A program made the translations under genes and the position numbers. From positions 1-54,837 of IMG/VR virus record IMGVR_UViG_3300021560_000021: a stretch of 54,837 bases of DNA, one strand, 5' to 3'. Positions 46,593-54,837 of this stretch are shown here, in pieces (position 1 is the first letter of the stretch; the number at the start of each line of letters is the position of its first letter). The DNA is from a virus. Lineage: Duplodnaviria > Caudoviricetes. The notes beneath the pieces are model-generated. The model did not search any database. It was given only the letters and a program-made list of their open reading frames with translations, and was not told where the DNA came from.

Positions 46593-47564
46593 TCAGGTCA
46601 CTCCGGCCATGAGCTTCTGATCCATCTGATTCGCCGCGCCGGAGAGCTTCGCCGACTTCACCTGTGACGCCAGATGTTCGGCGTGCGCCTTGTGGTGCAT
46701 GGCGGCGGCCTGCACGTGCTGCATGGATTGCGTATGCTGGCCACGGTTGCGCAGCCACGCCGCAAGCCTCTCGTGGTGCGCGGCGCTCTGCACATGCGTC
46801 CGCTGCTGCCCTGCGCCCTGATCAGGCGTGGCAGGACGCGTGCTCGGGCGGGCTGCTCCCATCCTTGGCGCGGGCGCCTTGACCGCCGGCAGACCGGCCG
46901 CTGATCGCTGATGCGGCGTGGTCCGCGTCACCGATGCGCCCTGCGTCATGAGCGCGTCGCGGAATGCCGCCGCCAGCGCATCGCGTGTGCCCTTATTGTA
47001 CTTCGGCGGACTTTCGATCAGCTTATCGGTGATGCGCTCCATGATCGCCTGCAATGGCATCGGCGCCTGCGTATCGGCCGTGTCGCCGCCTTGCTGGCGT
47101 TTGGTACCAGGCGAGCCGACTTTCGGGATGTCGGCGATCTTCTTTTCCTTGGCGATCGCGGCCGGCGAGCGCGCAGTGACAATGCGTGGTCCGGTGTACG
47201 GTATCTTCGCACCACCGGTCGCGACCGGCTTCGGCTTGGTCGCGTGTACGATGCGTGGCGTACCAGCCGGAATGAAGGCGTCGCCAGTGCGTCGCGCCAT
47301 GCAGGCATCCACGAAGCGACGGATGCGGATACGATCCTGCGTCGTGAAGCTGGACGATGGCGATGGCGTTGTACTGGTGCCCGGCAGCGAGCTACTTGAT
47401 CCGCTGCTAGGCGGCGGCGTAATTGAACCTTCGTCCTGCGACCGCGACTTGCCGGCATTGCTCAATGCCGCTGCGACCGCCTGCTTCTGCGGGTGACCAG
47501 AGTGTACCATCTCACTGATGTTCTGGCTGATCACCTCTTGGCTTGATCCTTCCTTCAACGGCAT
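46593..47564 (-). CDS. Low-complexity basic protein, probable internal head protein
   Basis: N-terminal [35 protein letters not shown] is a recurring small phage motif; GGAGG RBS; His/Ala-rich C-terminus. Confidence 0.7.
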   Translation of the reverse strand: MPLKEGSSQEVISQNISEMVHSGHPQKQAVAAALSNAGKSRSQDEGSITPPPSSGSSSSLPGTSTTPSPSSSFTTQDRIRIRRFVDACMARRTGDAFIPAGTPRIVHATKPKPVATGGAKIPYTGPRIVTARSPAAIAKEKKIADIPKVGSPGTKRQQGGDTADTQAPMPLQAIMERITDKLIESPPKYNKGTRDALAAAFRDALMTQGASVTRTTPHQRSAAGLPAVKAPAPRMGAARPSTRPATPDQGAGQQRTHVQSAAHHERLAAWLRNRGQHTQSMQHVQAAAMHHKAHAEHLASQVKSAKLSGAANQMDQKLMAGVT

Positions 47565-47597
47565 TGCTGCAACCTCCCAAGAGGTTTGGAGCCGGCG

Positions 47598-48179
47598 TTA
47601 TGCCGGCCCCGAAGGCTCGAATGTGCCGGACGTACCGAGCCGGCGCCGTACGCGCTGATGACGATCAGCCAGTTCCTTGTCGGCCTGCTGTTGCGCAAGC
47701 TGATCCTCGGCCGCTTCCGCACGGGCGCGTACCGCGACTTCATGATGCAGTGCTGCGGTGTGGCCGATCGTGCCCGGCATGGCCGGCTGCGGTGACTCCG
47801 GCGGGTTCTCGGTATGCATGAGCGTGTACCAGTGCTCCGCATCCGCCTTCGGCATATCGTATTCGCCCGGCTCGCCGTCGATTATGTTGGTCTGATCAGC
47901 ATGATAGACGACGCCTGTACCATCGTCGCGGTTCAGTCCGAATGAACTGACCACCTTGACACGCGTCGTCTCAACCTTGGTACCTTCATCGGTCTTGGTC
48001 ACTTCGGCCTGTGCGGCTTCCGCCGCACCAGGTTCGGCGCGTACAACTTGGGCTTGCGCCTGTACGTCACTTTCGGCGTGCCCGGCATGCGCTTCGTGCT
48101 GCTGCCGGCCGCCACGATCATGTCCTGACATTTGTACATTCCTATGGGTTAGCGTGGGCAAAGGCCCGCCTTCGTTCAT
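47598..48179 (-). CDS. Head-associated hypothetical protein
   Basis: Directly downstream of the major capsid gene; GEYDMP...AEHWY...H motif; alternative start at 48131. Confidence 0.7.
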   Translation of the reverse strand: MNEGGPLPTLTHRNVQMSGHDRGGRQQHEAHAGHAESDVQAQAQVVRAEPGAAEAAQAEVTKTDEGTKVETTRVKVVSSFGLNRDDGTGVVYHADQTNIIDGEPGEYDMPKADAEHWYTLMHTENPPESPQPAMPGTIGHTAALHHEVAVRARAEAAEDQLAQQQADKELADRHQRVRRRLGTSGTFEPSGPA

Positions 48180-48231
48180 TTGATATTGTGATTAGCCGAA
48201 GGGGATTGCGGCCTTTGCCGGCCGCGAGCGA

Positions 48232-49329
48232 TCAGATTCCGTCGAGATATGCGACGGTTTCGGGATAGACCATTTCCAGGCAGCCGAGCCGCCCGAAATA
48301 CGTGGTAAGCTGATAGATCGAGCGGTATTCGACCGGCGTGTGCTGCAACGGCACCAGCGGATACCTGACACGATCCTTGTCCTTCGTGTACACCATTGCA
48401 CGATTGACCGTCGTCGCGTTGCCCGCCGTGAGCCACTTCACCGGCTGAATATCCAGCGGCCGACCGTTGGCGGAGTTCGCCAGCGAGTTGGCTTTCAGGA
48501 ATTCGATGATCGACACGTTACCGGCGTCGCTGACCTTCTGCGAAGCGAGTACGGAGAAGTGCAGCGGTGGCAGACGAAGATGCGTCGGCACCATCGCATA
48601 GGCAGACGATACCCATGCAAGGTTCAACAGGTAGTTGACATCCGCGAGGATGTTGTCGGCTGTCTTGGTCAATGCACCGGCCGACGATACCCATGCCGTG
48701 TTCGGCGAGCCGGTACCGGTAGCGGATGCGTTCTGCGGCGTGACCAGCGGCGAGTTGAACAGTCCGGTTTTGCCGAACAGCGTATCGCCGATGTACACCA
48801 TTTCATCGACATCCATCTGGTACTTCAGCTTCATGCCGTCGTACTTCTGAGTGTCGATCGGGCGGCCAATCTTCTGCGCCGACTCCAGTTCAAGCAGGGT
48901 CCACTTCAACTCGGTGCCCCACGGGATCAGCGGATTGGTCACCTTGCCGATATCCAACTGGATACCGGTGATGGAGTTGGAGTCTTTGCCGATCCACGCC
49001 TTGCCGTTTGGCACGATGCCGCCGGGCGATGCGTACGATGACAGAGTGTACGAGGACACTTCGTCAGCGATCGTCACGTCTTCCCGCAAGTCGATATCGC
49101 GGCCCCACGTGACGGCGGCAAGCGGCTCATGCAAAGTCTGATCAAGCCGCTCCAACTCGCCGACGAGAAATGAACCGGTGCTATCAACGGTTAGCTGGTT
49201 CATCCGCTCGAAGGTCATGAAGTCGTCGGTCGTGTAGTGCGGCTTCGACCACTCACTATCCGGCCGGATAATGGCCGGCGCAGACAGGAACGTGCTGCCT
49301 GCGTACTCGATACGCTGGATGTTGCTCAT
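48232..49329 (-). CDS. Major capsid protein (DUF2184)
   Basis: FLVGELERLDQTLHEPL..VTWGRDIDLREDV...YPETVAYLDGI; AAGGAG RBS. Confidence 0.93.
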   Translation of the reverse strand: MSNIQRIEYAGSTFLSAPAIIRPDSEWSKPHYTTDDFMTFERMNQLTVDSTGSFLVGELERLDQTLHEPLAAVTWGRDIDLREDVTIADEVSSYTLSSYASPGGIVPNGKAWIGKDSNSITGIQLDIGKVTNPLIPWGTELKWTLLELESAQKIGRPIDTQKYDGMKLKYQMDVDEMVYIGDTLFGKTGLFNSPLVTPQNASATGTGSPNTAWVSSAGALTKTADNILADVNYLLNLAWVSSAYAMVPTHLRLPPLHFSVLASQKVSDAGNVSIIEFLKANSLANSANGRPLDIQPVKWLTAGNATTVNRAMVYTKDKDRVRYPLVPLQHTPVEYRSIYQLTTYFGRLGCLEMVYPETVAYLDGI

Positions 49330-49389
49330 TGTCTCTCCTTAACTCGCAACCTCCGCTGCGAGTAGTTCAAAGCGTTGGTACGCTACGGC

Positions 49390-49905
49390 TCAGAGAAGAC
49401 CGAAGCTGATCTCCACATTGCCGTTGGCATCCGCCGGCCCCATGAAGGTGGCGCCAGTGAATGCAAAGCCATTGGTCGTCGGATTGGCGGCTTCAAATCC
49501 GCCAACGATATGGCCACCGCCTGCGGCAGCGGTCCAAATGTACACAAGGCCACCTTTGACTGCGGCCGTTGCGCCGGAAAGCTTCACGCTCATGTAGCCG
49601 CGACGCAGCAGATCAACCGGTCCCTGCGTCGGCGGCGTGGATGTGCCGAGCGCATCCTGCGACGAGAATGCAGGAAACGGCCGGACCAGCAGTCCATAGA
49701 TACTCGCGAGCGTGTCGCCAGCCGCCACCATGCGGGCATTGCCCACATTGCCGGCGGTCTGATCAATCACCATCGGAATGCCGAACGCAGTCGGCGCCCC
49801 CGTAGTACCCTGCGGCGTCACCGCAATGGGTTCAATCGAAGCCTGCTGCGCCCGGTTTACCTCACCGGGAATGCCAGCCGGCATGCGCGTCAGAAACGCG
49901 GGCAT
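49390..49905 (-). CDS. Capsid cement/decoration protein
   Basis: RMPAGIPGEV.R...YGLLVRPFP...LRRGYM...GPADANGNVEI; between protease and capsid genes. Confidence 0.85.
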   Translation of the reverse strand: MPAFLTRMPAGIPGEVNRAQQASIEPIAVTPQGTTGAPTAFGIPMVIDQTAGNVGNARMVAAGDTLASIYGLLVRPFPAFSSQDALGTSTPPTQGPVDLLRRGYMSVKLSGATAAVKGGLVYIWTAAAGGGHIVGGFEAANPTTNGFAFTGATFMGPADANGNVEISFGLL

Positions 49906-49969
49906 TGCATTACCTCACTTTGCAAGTTGTACGAATTATGGTTGCGGGTACACGCAACCGGAGCGGCGG

Positions 49970-51508
49970 TTACCCGCCGTTACGAGCGGCCCAAAACTTG
50001 TTGTTGCGCTCGTTGAGCGACGCGATCGTGGGGATCACGCCGAAGCCGTTGCCGGGATTACCGGCGGCACCGATCGCGGTGCTGTGGGCACGTCCGTTGT
50101 TCGCAGCCGCCATAAGCGCCGACGCGGCGTTGAACACCGTGGTAATGCCGTCGCACGTCATGATGGCATCGTGGAAGTTGTACTTCTGCGGCAGCGGACC
50201 ACCGATGGCGGTTTCGATCGCAGCGCGGCCACGATCAGTACCGGCACTCGCCTGCAACGTGCGACGCTTGAAGTTGCACATTGACGACGAAGTGTCCTTC
50301 GCCGACTTCGCCGAGTCGAACGTCAAAAGCTGGATACCCGGCATGAGGATTTCGGCCTTCGACAACATCTGCAAAAACTCAGTCTGCATGGATGTTGAAT
50401 CGCCGACCATCGCACGGCGGCTGTCACCAGTGGTACGCCGGTCACCGCCCATCACGGCGCGATCACCGTTGTTGTTGTCATCCGGTGGCGGCTGCTGTGC
50501 ACCACCGCCTTCCTCCGGGGAGGCTTCCGGCTGCGGCTCGCCACCGCCTGCCCCCACGTCAAGCTTCTCGGCGATCATGGCGAGTACCTGCTCAACCTGC
50601 TCCATGCGCGCCTCAAGCGAGCCGAGCCGATCACCACCACCGCCACCACCGGCATCGGGCGGTACAACAGCGCCACCGCTCGGGTCCGGTGCATCACCGG
50701 CCACTTCCGGCTTGCCGCCATGCACGTTGATCGTCACGTGGTGCGGCTGGTCCGGTGCGCCGGGCATCGGTACATCGTCACCAGACAGGACTTCACCGAG
50801 AAGATCAGGGTCCTTCTCGGCTTCTTTCAGCAGGTTGAGAGCGCCGCCCTCATCCCGCGTGTGTACCATCCGCCGGAACTTCGCCCGGAAAATGGCTGCG
50901 CGACTGCTCATGGTTAATGCATCTCCTATGCTGCATTGAGGCCCACAACGTCCGCGATCAACCAGGGCCACGTGGTTGATAACGATGTTACGCTGCCGTC
51001 CAACACCGGGCGCGTCCTGAGAGTACTCCGCGTTGTACCCAGCAGAGACTTCCTGACGAATGCCCTTCCTGTGTTTGTCCTCCAACGCTTTGACGGCGGC
51101 GCCATTGGTGATCATCAGGTCCGCGTACATCTTCTGGTTATCTTCCGTGCGGCCATCGCCGCGACGTGGACGCATTACGATCCCGACGGCCTTTTCATTC
51201 CAGTTATCCGGTGTGACCGGCTCGCCGTTATTCGGATGCTCGATCACCACCGGCTTGCCGTTGGCCGATGCGATCGTCTCCGGCCGGAACACTTCATCTT
51301 CGGTGCGGTGAATGCGGATGATGCGATCAGGCCCGGACTGCACCGGTATCTCACCATCGGCATATAGCTGTGTGCCTGTACGTGCGATCGGGATGTTTTG
51401 AATCAACAGGAAACCTTCGGGCGTGATCTGCCACGTCCCGCCAGCATCCGTTGCATAGTACATGAAGCCATCGGGCGTACCAGCCCAATCGCACGTCAGG
51501 TCGTCCAT
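49970..51508 (-). CDS. DUF2213 prohead protease/scaffold protein
   Basis: TPEGFL...PIARTG.Q.Y, EVFRPETIAS..GKPV..EHP, EVSAGY, NHVALVDRGRCG; GAGG RBS and TGATG overlap at 51508. Confidence 0.92.
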   Translation of the reverse strand: MDDLTCDWAGTPDGFMYYATDAGGTWQITPEGFLLIQNIPIARTGTQLYADGEIPVQSGPDRIIRIHRTEDEVFRPETIASANGKPVVIEHPNNGEPVTPDNWNEKAVGIVMRPRRGDGRTEDNQKMYADLMITNGAAVKALEDKHRKGIRQEVSAGYNAEYSQDAPGVGRQRNIVINHVALVDRGRCGPQCSIGDALTMSSRAAIFRAKFRRMVHTRDEGGALNLLKEAEKDPDLLGEVLSGDDVPMPGAPDQPHHVTINVHGGKPEVAGDAPDPSGGAVVPPDAGGGGGGDRLGSLEARMEQVEQVLAMIAEKLDVGAGGGEPQPEASPEEGGGAQQPPPDDNNNGDRAVMGGDRRTTGDSRRAMVGDSTSMQTEFLQMLSKAEILMPGIQLLTFDSAKSAKDTSSSMCNFKRRTLQASAGTDRGRAAIETAIGGPLPQKYNFHDAIMTCDGITTVFNAASALMAAANNGRAHSTAIGAAGNPGNGFGVIPTIASLNERNNKFWAARNGG

Positions 51509-51855
51509 CACCGCCTCGTTTTCGGGAAGTCGTACTGACTCCAATCCACCACCGGCAACGGCACTTGCAGCGATTCCAATGGTGGCAGTGTCGTTGTACC
51601 GGCCTTCATCGCACCGGTCCTGTGATCGCGCCCGTCACTGGCATCCTTCGGCGGCGCGGCGGGCTGATTATCCATGTTCTGATAATGACCACCCGCCATG
51701 TGCGAATTGCTCAATCCGAGCCGTAGGCCGATGCGTTTGACATAGGCGGGCGCATAACCGGTCAACCGACCGATCTCCGCCCATGTCTTGTTCTGCGTAT
51801 GCAGCTTGCGGATTTGATCCTCAAGCTGCTTCATCTTATCCGGCACTAATGACAC
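51508..51855 (-). CDS. Small HTH protein (GcrA N-terminal-like)
   Basis: QIRKLHTQNKTWAEIGRLTG...RIGLRLGL; GTG start with GGAG RBS (alternative ATG at 51834). Confidence 0.6.
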   Translation of the reverse strand: MSLVPDKMKQLEDQIRKLHTQNKTWAEIGRLTGYAPAYVKRIGLRLGLSNSHMAGGHYQNMDNQPAAPPKDASDGRDHRTGAMKAGTTTLPPLESLQVPLPVVDWSQYDFPKTRR

Positions 51856-51859
51856 GGCT

Positions 51860-52078
51860 TTACTCCAAGCTGTCGAGGAACTCGCCCAGCCGTTCGCCGT
51901 AGCGGCTGTGACGCATGGCCTCACCGCTTTTGGTACATGTCCAGCCATCACCGGCCAGCGTTATGGAGTATTCGCCGCGCACGAATACATCCCTTGATTC
52001 CCTTGAGTCCCGCCAGCCGGCGTCGCGCAGAGTCTCACGGTTTTGGTCACGGCTGTTGAATCCAGGTCGTACGGCCAT
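51860..52078 (-). CDS. Hypothetical protein
   Basis: GGAGGG RBS; 72-aa ORF in operon. Confidence 0.7.
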   Translation of the reverse strand: MAVRPGFNSRDQNRETLRDAGWRDSRESRDVFVRGEYSITLAGDGWTCTKSGEAMRHSRYGERLGEFLDSLE

Positions 52079-52090
52079 TGTACCCTCCCT

Positions 52091-53422
52091 TCAATGCATC
52101 TGCGACTTGGCGTACTGACCATAGTCGGTCAGCACCGTGTAATCGAACGGTGAAGCCAGCAACCTGTCAGCGCCACTCGATGTATCTGACCAGTTGGAGT
52201 ACCAACAGGCAGCGCCGGCAGGATTGGCGTACGCTTCCTGTATCACTTGTTGCCAATTGGCGTCACGGTTGTTGCCATCGGTCGCGTCACCAGTTTCAAG
52301 GCACAAACAATTCATTGCGCCCTGTTGGTTGTGGAACTGCGCAGCCATCGCAGCGATGTCGCGAAAATGCACGCCACTGGTAATGTTCCAACCGTAAAAA
52401 TGACCGTCCATGAAACTGTTGGTCTGGCCGGTGAAGTCGGCGGGATTCATGCCGTTGATCTCGCCGCCGGGATTGCCGAGACAATGACCGAACGGACCAT
52501 TGAAGCCCTGCCCACGCGCCGCGTTGTACATCGTCACCATCATGTGCGAAATACCCGGCCCGTCGCCGTGCGGTTCGTTCTGTGAGCCAAGCCATACCAT
52601 CGGGTTATTCTTGTACTGGTTCGCCCACTCAGCAAGCCATGAGCATGCGTCGTTCAAGGCTTGTCCCGTCGCGTAGTTGCCCGTGTAGTGTACTTCGGCG
52701 TACACGATGATGCCGTGTGCGTTCAGATCAGCAACCCAATTGCGGATGTTCGCATCGCTCGCGGGATGCGTGGCACCTGAAAGCGGCGTCGCATACAGAT
52801 CAGCGAACCGTACAAAGTTGAAGTTCGGTCCCCATAGGCTGCGCAGTTTGGCACCCGATGCGCGGGCATAGTCAAACTGACCATTGCCCCACACCTGCTT
52901 CGCCATTATGTTCATCCCATTGGCGCGGAACGGCCTGCCGTTTGGATCGACAATGCCGCCGGGACCAATCTGGTACACGCCGCTGGTATTCGGCGGTGTC
53001 GGCACTGACGGATCACCGGGTATCTGCTGCCATGCAACAGTCGGCGGTGTACCGGTAACCGATGCGATCCACCAGCCGGTACCGCCCTGGTACGGTGCCC
53101 ACTGCGCGCAGCTTGTTTTCCACTTCTCAATGCCGGTGACGTTCTGACTGAAACCGGCGGCAGTGAACGATGTTGCACCCTTCGGCTGCCACTGTACGAC
53201 ATTGCCGAGTGTCGGATCAGCAAAGAGCTTCCACTGCGCACCGTTGTCGTCGGTCAGGATCGTGGTCGTGTTGGTAACCTTCGTACCATCCGGTGACGGC
53301 TGACCGGGCTGCGGCGGCTGCGGTGCCACCGGCATGGTCAGCGTCATGTCGATCGGATATTTGGCACCCGCCGCATCCGCCAGCGTACCGGTCAGATGAA
53401 TGTTGTTTGTGGTCCCACTCAT
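52091..53422 (-). CDS. GH5-like glycoside hydrolase, paralog of the C-terminal part of 32487-35345
   Basis: SQNEPHG, DGHFY, CLETGD; GGAG RBS before ATG 53422. Confidence 0.85.
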   Translation of the reverse strand: MSGTTNNIHLTGTLADAAGAKYPIDMTLTMPVAPQPPQPGQPSPDGTKVTNTTTILTDDNGAQWKLFADPTLGNVVQWQPKGATSFTAAGFSQNVTGIEKWKTSCAQWAPYQGGTGWWIASVTGTPPTVAWQQIPGDPSVPTPPNTSGVYQIGPGGIVDPNGRPFRANGMNIMAKQVWGNGQFDYARASGAKLRSLWGPNFNFVRFADLYATPLSGATHPASDANIRNWVADLNAHGIIVYAEVHYTGNYATGQALNDACSWLAEWANQYKNNPMVWLGSQNEPHGDGPGISHMMVTMYNAARGQGFNGPFGHCLGNPGGEINGMNPADFTGQTNSFMDGHFYGWNITSGVHFRDIAAMAAQFHNQQGAMNCLCLETGDATDGNNRDANWQQVIQEAYANPAGAACWYSNWSDTSSGADRLLASPFDYTVLTDYGQYAKSQMH

Positions 53423-53438
53423 GTATTGCACTCCATGG

Positions 53439-54269
53439 TTATATGTACTTATCGGGATAGACTGGTTCCGCCCAGCACCTACAATTGTATATGCAACCGG
53501 GATGTGCGCGCTCGCCACGTGTCCCGGCGATCGGCGGCTCACTCCATTTGTGGAATGTACCTTCAAGCTTACGATGGCTGCCCATTTTCAACGTGTTCAA
53601 CTGCGCGAAGTGCGCGATGCCAAGCTCGGGCCGCACCTTGTAATCGCCACTGTTGCGCCAGATGTACCCGGGCGAGCCAATGTGTACAGCACGCGCTTCG
53701 GTCAGTGAGGTTGCCGCCCTACCGGTTTCCGTGCGCGCGATCAGATCGGCACGGGCTTGCGTGACCAAGCCGGTATTCATGATTTCCTTGGCCACGTCGG
53801 CGGCACGTGCGCCGCCGTAGAGATTGCCAACCACGATGTCATGCACGCGTTGCGCTGCATCCAGTGGCAGCGACGTGATCAGGGTCACCTGATCGTCCAT
53901 GAGTTGCTGCACGGTATGTCCGATGGGCGCCGTCATTAGCTCATTGCGCAGGCTGATCCCCATGGCCTGCGAGTGTTTCATCCAGGCGGTCAGGTCGCGG
54001 CGCGAGACTTCCGCCAACATGCGGCCGGCGACCGCCTGTGCCCACGGTCGCAATATCTCGGCATAGCGTTCAAGTATCTTGCGTACCGTCTGCAACTGCG
54101 CTTGGTCGTTTGGATCAAACGCCTTGGTCAGGTCACCGATCTGTTTGGCAACCTTGCGGAGCTGTACGTTGTAGTACCGCTCTGCGTTGCGCGTTTGGTT
54201 GAAGGCTTCGCGCTGTTTCTTGCTTTCTTTCCAGGGAGCATCAAACGTGGTGACCTGTACACCATCCAT
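53439..54269 (-). CDS. MuF/SPP1 gp7-like head morphogenesis protein
   Basis: RADLIARTET, YIWRNSGD.KVR, H..LEG, HPGCIYNCRC. Confidence 0.92.
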   Translation of the reverse strand: MDGVQVTTFDAPWKESKKQREAFNQTRNAERYYNVQLRKVAKQIGDLTKAFDPNDQAQLQTVRKILERYAEILRPWAQAVAGRMLAEVSRRDLTAWMKHSQAMGISLRNELMTAPIGHTVQQLMDDQVTLITSLPLDAAQRVHDIVVGNLYGGARAADVAKEIMNTGLVTQARADLIARTETGRAATSLTEARAVHIGSPGYIWRNSGDYKVRPELGIAHFAQLNTLKMGSHRKLEGTFHKWSEPPIAGTRGERAHPGCIYNCRCWAEPVYPDKYI

Positions 54270-54275
54270 GACTGA

Positions 54276-54836
54276 TCACTCCCCTGACTCCTTGTTGTCC
54301 AAATCAGGGTCAGGATGGACTTTGATCTTGTCCTTCAACGGCAAGCCGAGTGCCGCACCTTCACCATCCCAGATCACATTGCCTTCGCCGTCCATGAAGA
54401 TACCGGGATCGTTGTGCGGGCCGAAACCCTTCAACGGTGTTTCACGCGGCTTTTGCTCGTCGTCTGGCATGTCGGCATCCCCCCGCAACCACATGTACAC
54501 ATCGGCGGTCAGCATCGCGAAATCGCCAACGTCGCCTTCGTCATGCTGGTACACACGACTGATCATGCGGACCAATGTGTACCCGCCCTTTTCCTGAATT
54601 TCGTACACGTGAAACTGCTGCTTGTGCTCCAACAGCACTTCGTTTTCGACATGCGTCGAAGGCGTATCCACGCCGAGCGCACGCGTACCTTTGCGCACCA
54701 CCATTTCAAAGCGCAGATTGCCGCTGAATGCCGCTTCATCGGCCATGCTGGCAGATATGTGGCCGTCAGCCGTGTAGATCGCATCGCCGCCGATCTCCAA
54801 CAACTGCTTCCACTTCTTGACGGCGTTGGACTTCTC
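54276..54836 (-). CDS. ADP-ribosyltransferase domain protein (VIP2/Alt-like), 5'-truncated by the window edge
   Basis: GHISAS (STS-like), VRKGTRAL, ENEVLL (ExE); frame is open to the window end. Confidence 0.75.
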   Translation of the reverse strand, partial: EKSNAVKKWKQLLEIGGDAIYTADGHISASMADEAAFSGNLRFEMVVRKGTRALGVDTPSTHVENEVLLEHKQQFHVYEIQEKGGYTLVRMISRVYQHDEGDVGDFAMLTADVYMWLRGDADMPDDEQKPRETPLKGFGPHNDPGIFMDGEGNVIWDGEGAALGLPLKDKIKVHPDPDLDNKESGE

Positions 54837-54837
54837 T

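Larger units (their letters stand above)
1..54837. mobile_element. Myovirus-type bacteriophage genome fragment (early arm on +, virion operon on -)
   Basis: Contiguous head-neck-sheath-tube-tape measure-baseplate-fibre gene order on the - strand; dense small ORFs on the + strand; no host housekeeping genes. Confidence 0.97.

Noticed and set aside
32487-53422. GH5 duplicate pair as a DGR template/variable repeat
   Set aside because: Differences in the compared segment are not adenine-specific, both copies are coding, and no reverse transcriptase is in the window
53745-53775. GGTCACGCAAGCCCG on the - strand resembling a second twister loop
   Set aside because: Lies inside the MuF coding region; loop spacing is wrong and P1/P2 are absent
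1-54837. Stop-codon reassignment
   Set aside because: Genes are full length under the standard code, and TAA, TAG and TGA all terminate genes

Overview
This window is a fragment of a tailed dsDNA phage (myovirus) genome with two convergent arms. The + strand (1-11227) carries about 25 small early/accessory genes: HTH and DUF3489-like proteins, DUF932, a lipoprotein, two HxxRGH-motif proteins and an EF-Ts-like protein. It also has sigma70-type promoters, terminators and a near-canonical twister self-cleaving ribozyme at 3413-3475. The - strand (11188-54837) is the virion operon, read from the right end: partial ADP-ribosyltransferase, MuF, DUF2213 protease/scaffold, cement, DUF2184 major capsid, neck genes, DUF3383 sheath, DUF3277 tube, chaperones, tape measure with a lysozyme-like domain, baseplate, tail fibre, a methyltransferase and GT9 glycosyltransferase, and a 1659-aa repeat fibre. 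Three glycoside-hydrolase genes are inserted into this operon: a 2679-aa nested GH5/GH16/beta-helix/GH-A protein, an FN3-GH5 protein and a head-region GH5 paralog. All three share an unrecognised ~80-aa module. The main candidates for new biology are: (1) the twister ribozyme interlocked with a downstream structured RNA that repeats its cleavage site 146 nt later; (2) a virion glycanase arsenal with a nested, circularly permuted GH16 and an FN3 domain split between a baseplate gene and the next gene; (3) strong GTAC/GATC enrichment. An alphaproteobacterial host is an inference from DUF3489-like, GcrA-like and DUF3597 content. No integrase, terminase, tRNA or CRISPR was seen. All family calls come from motif recognition by eye, not database searches.
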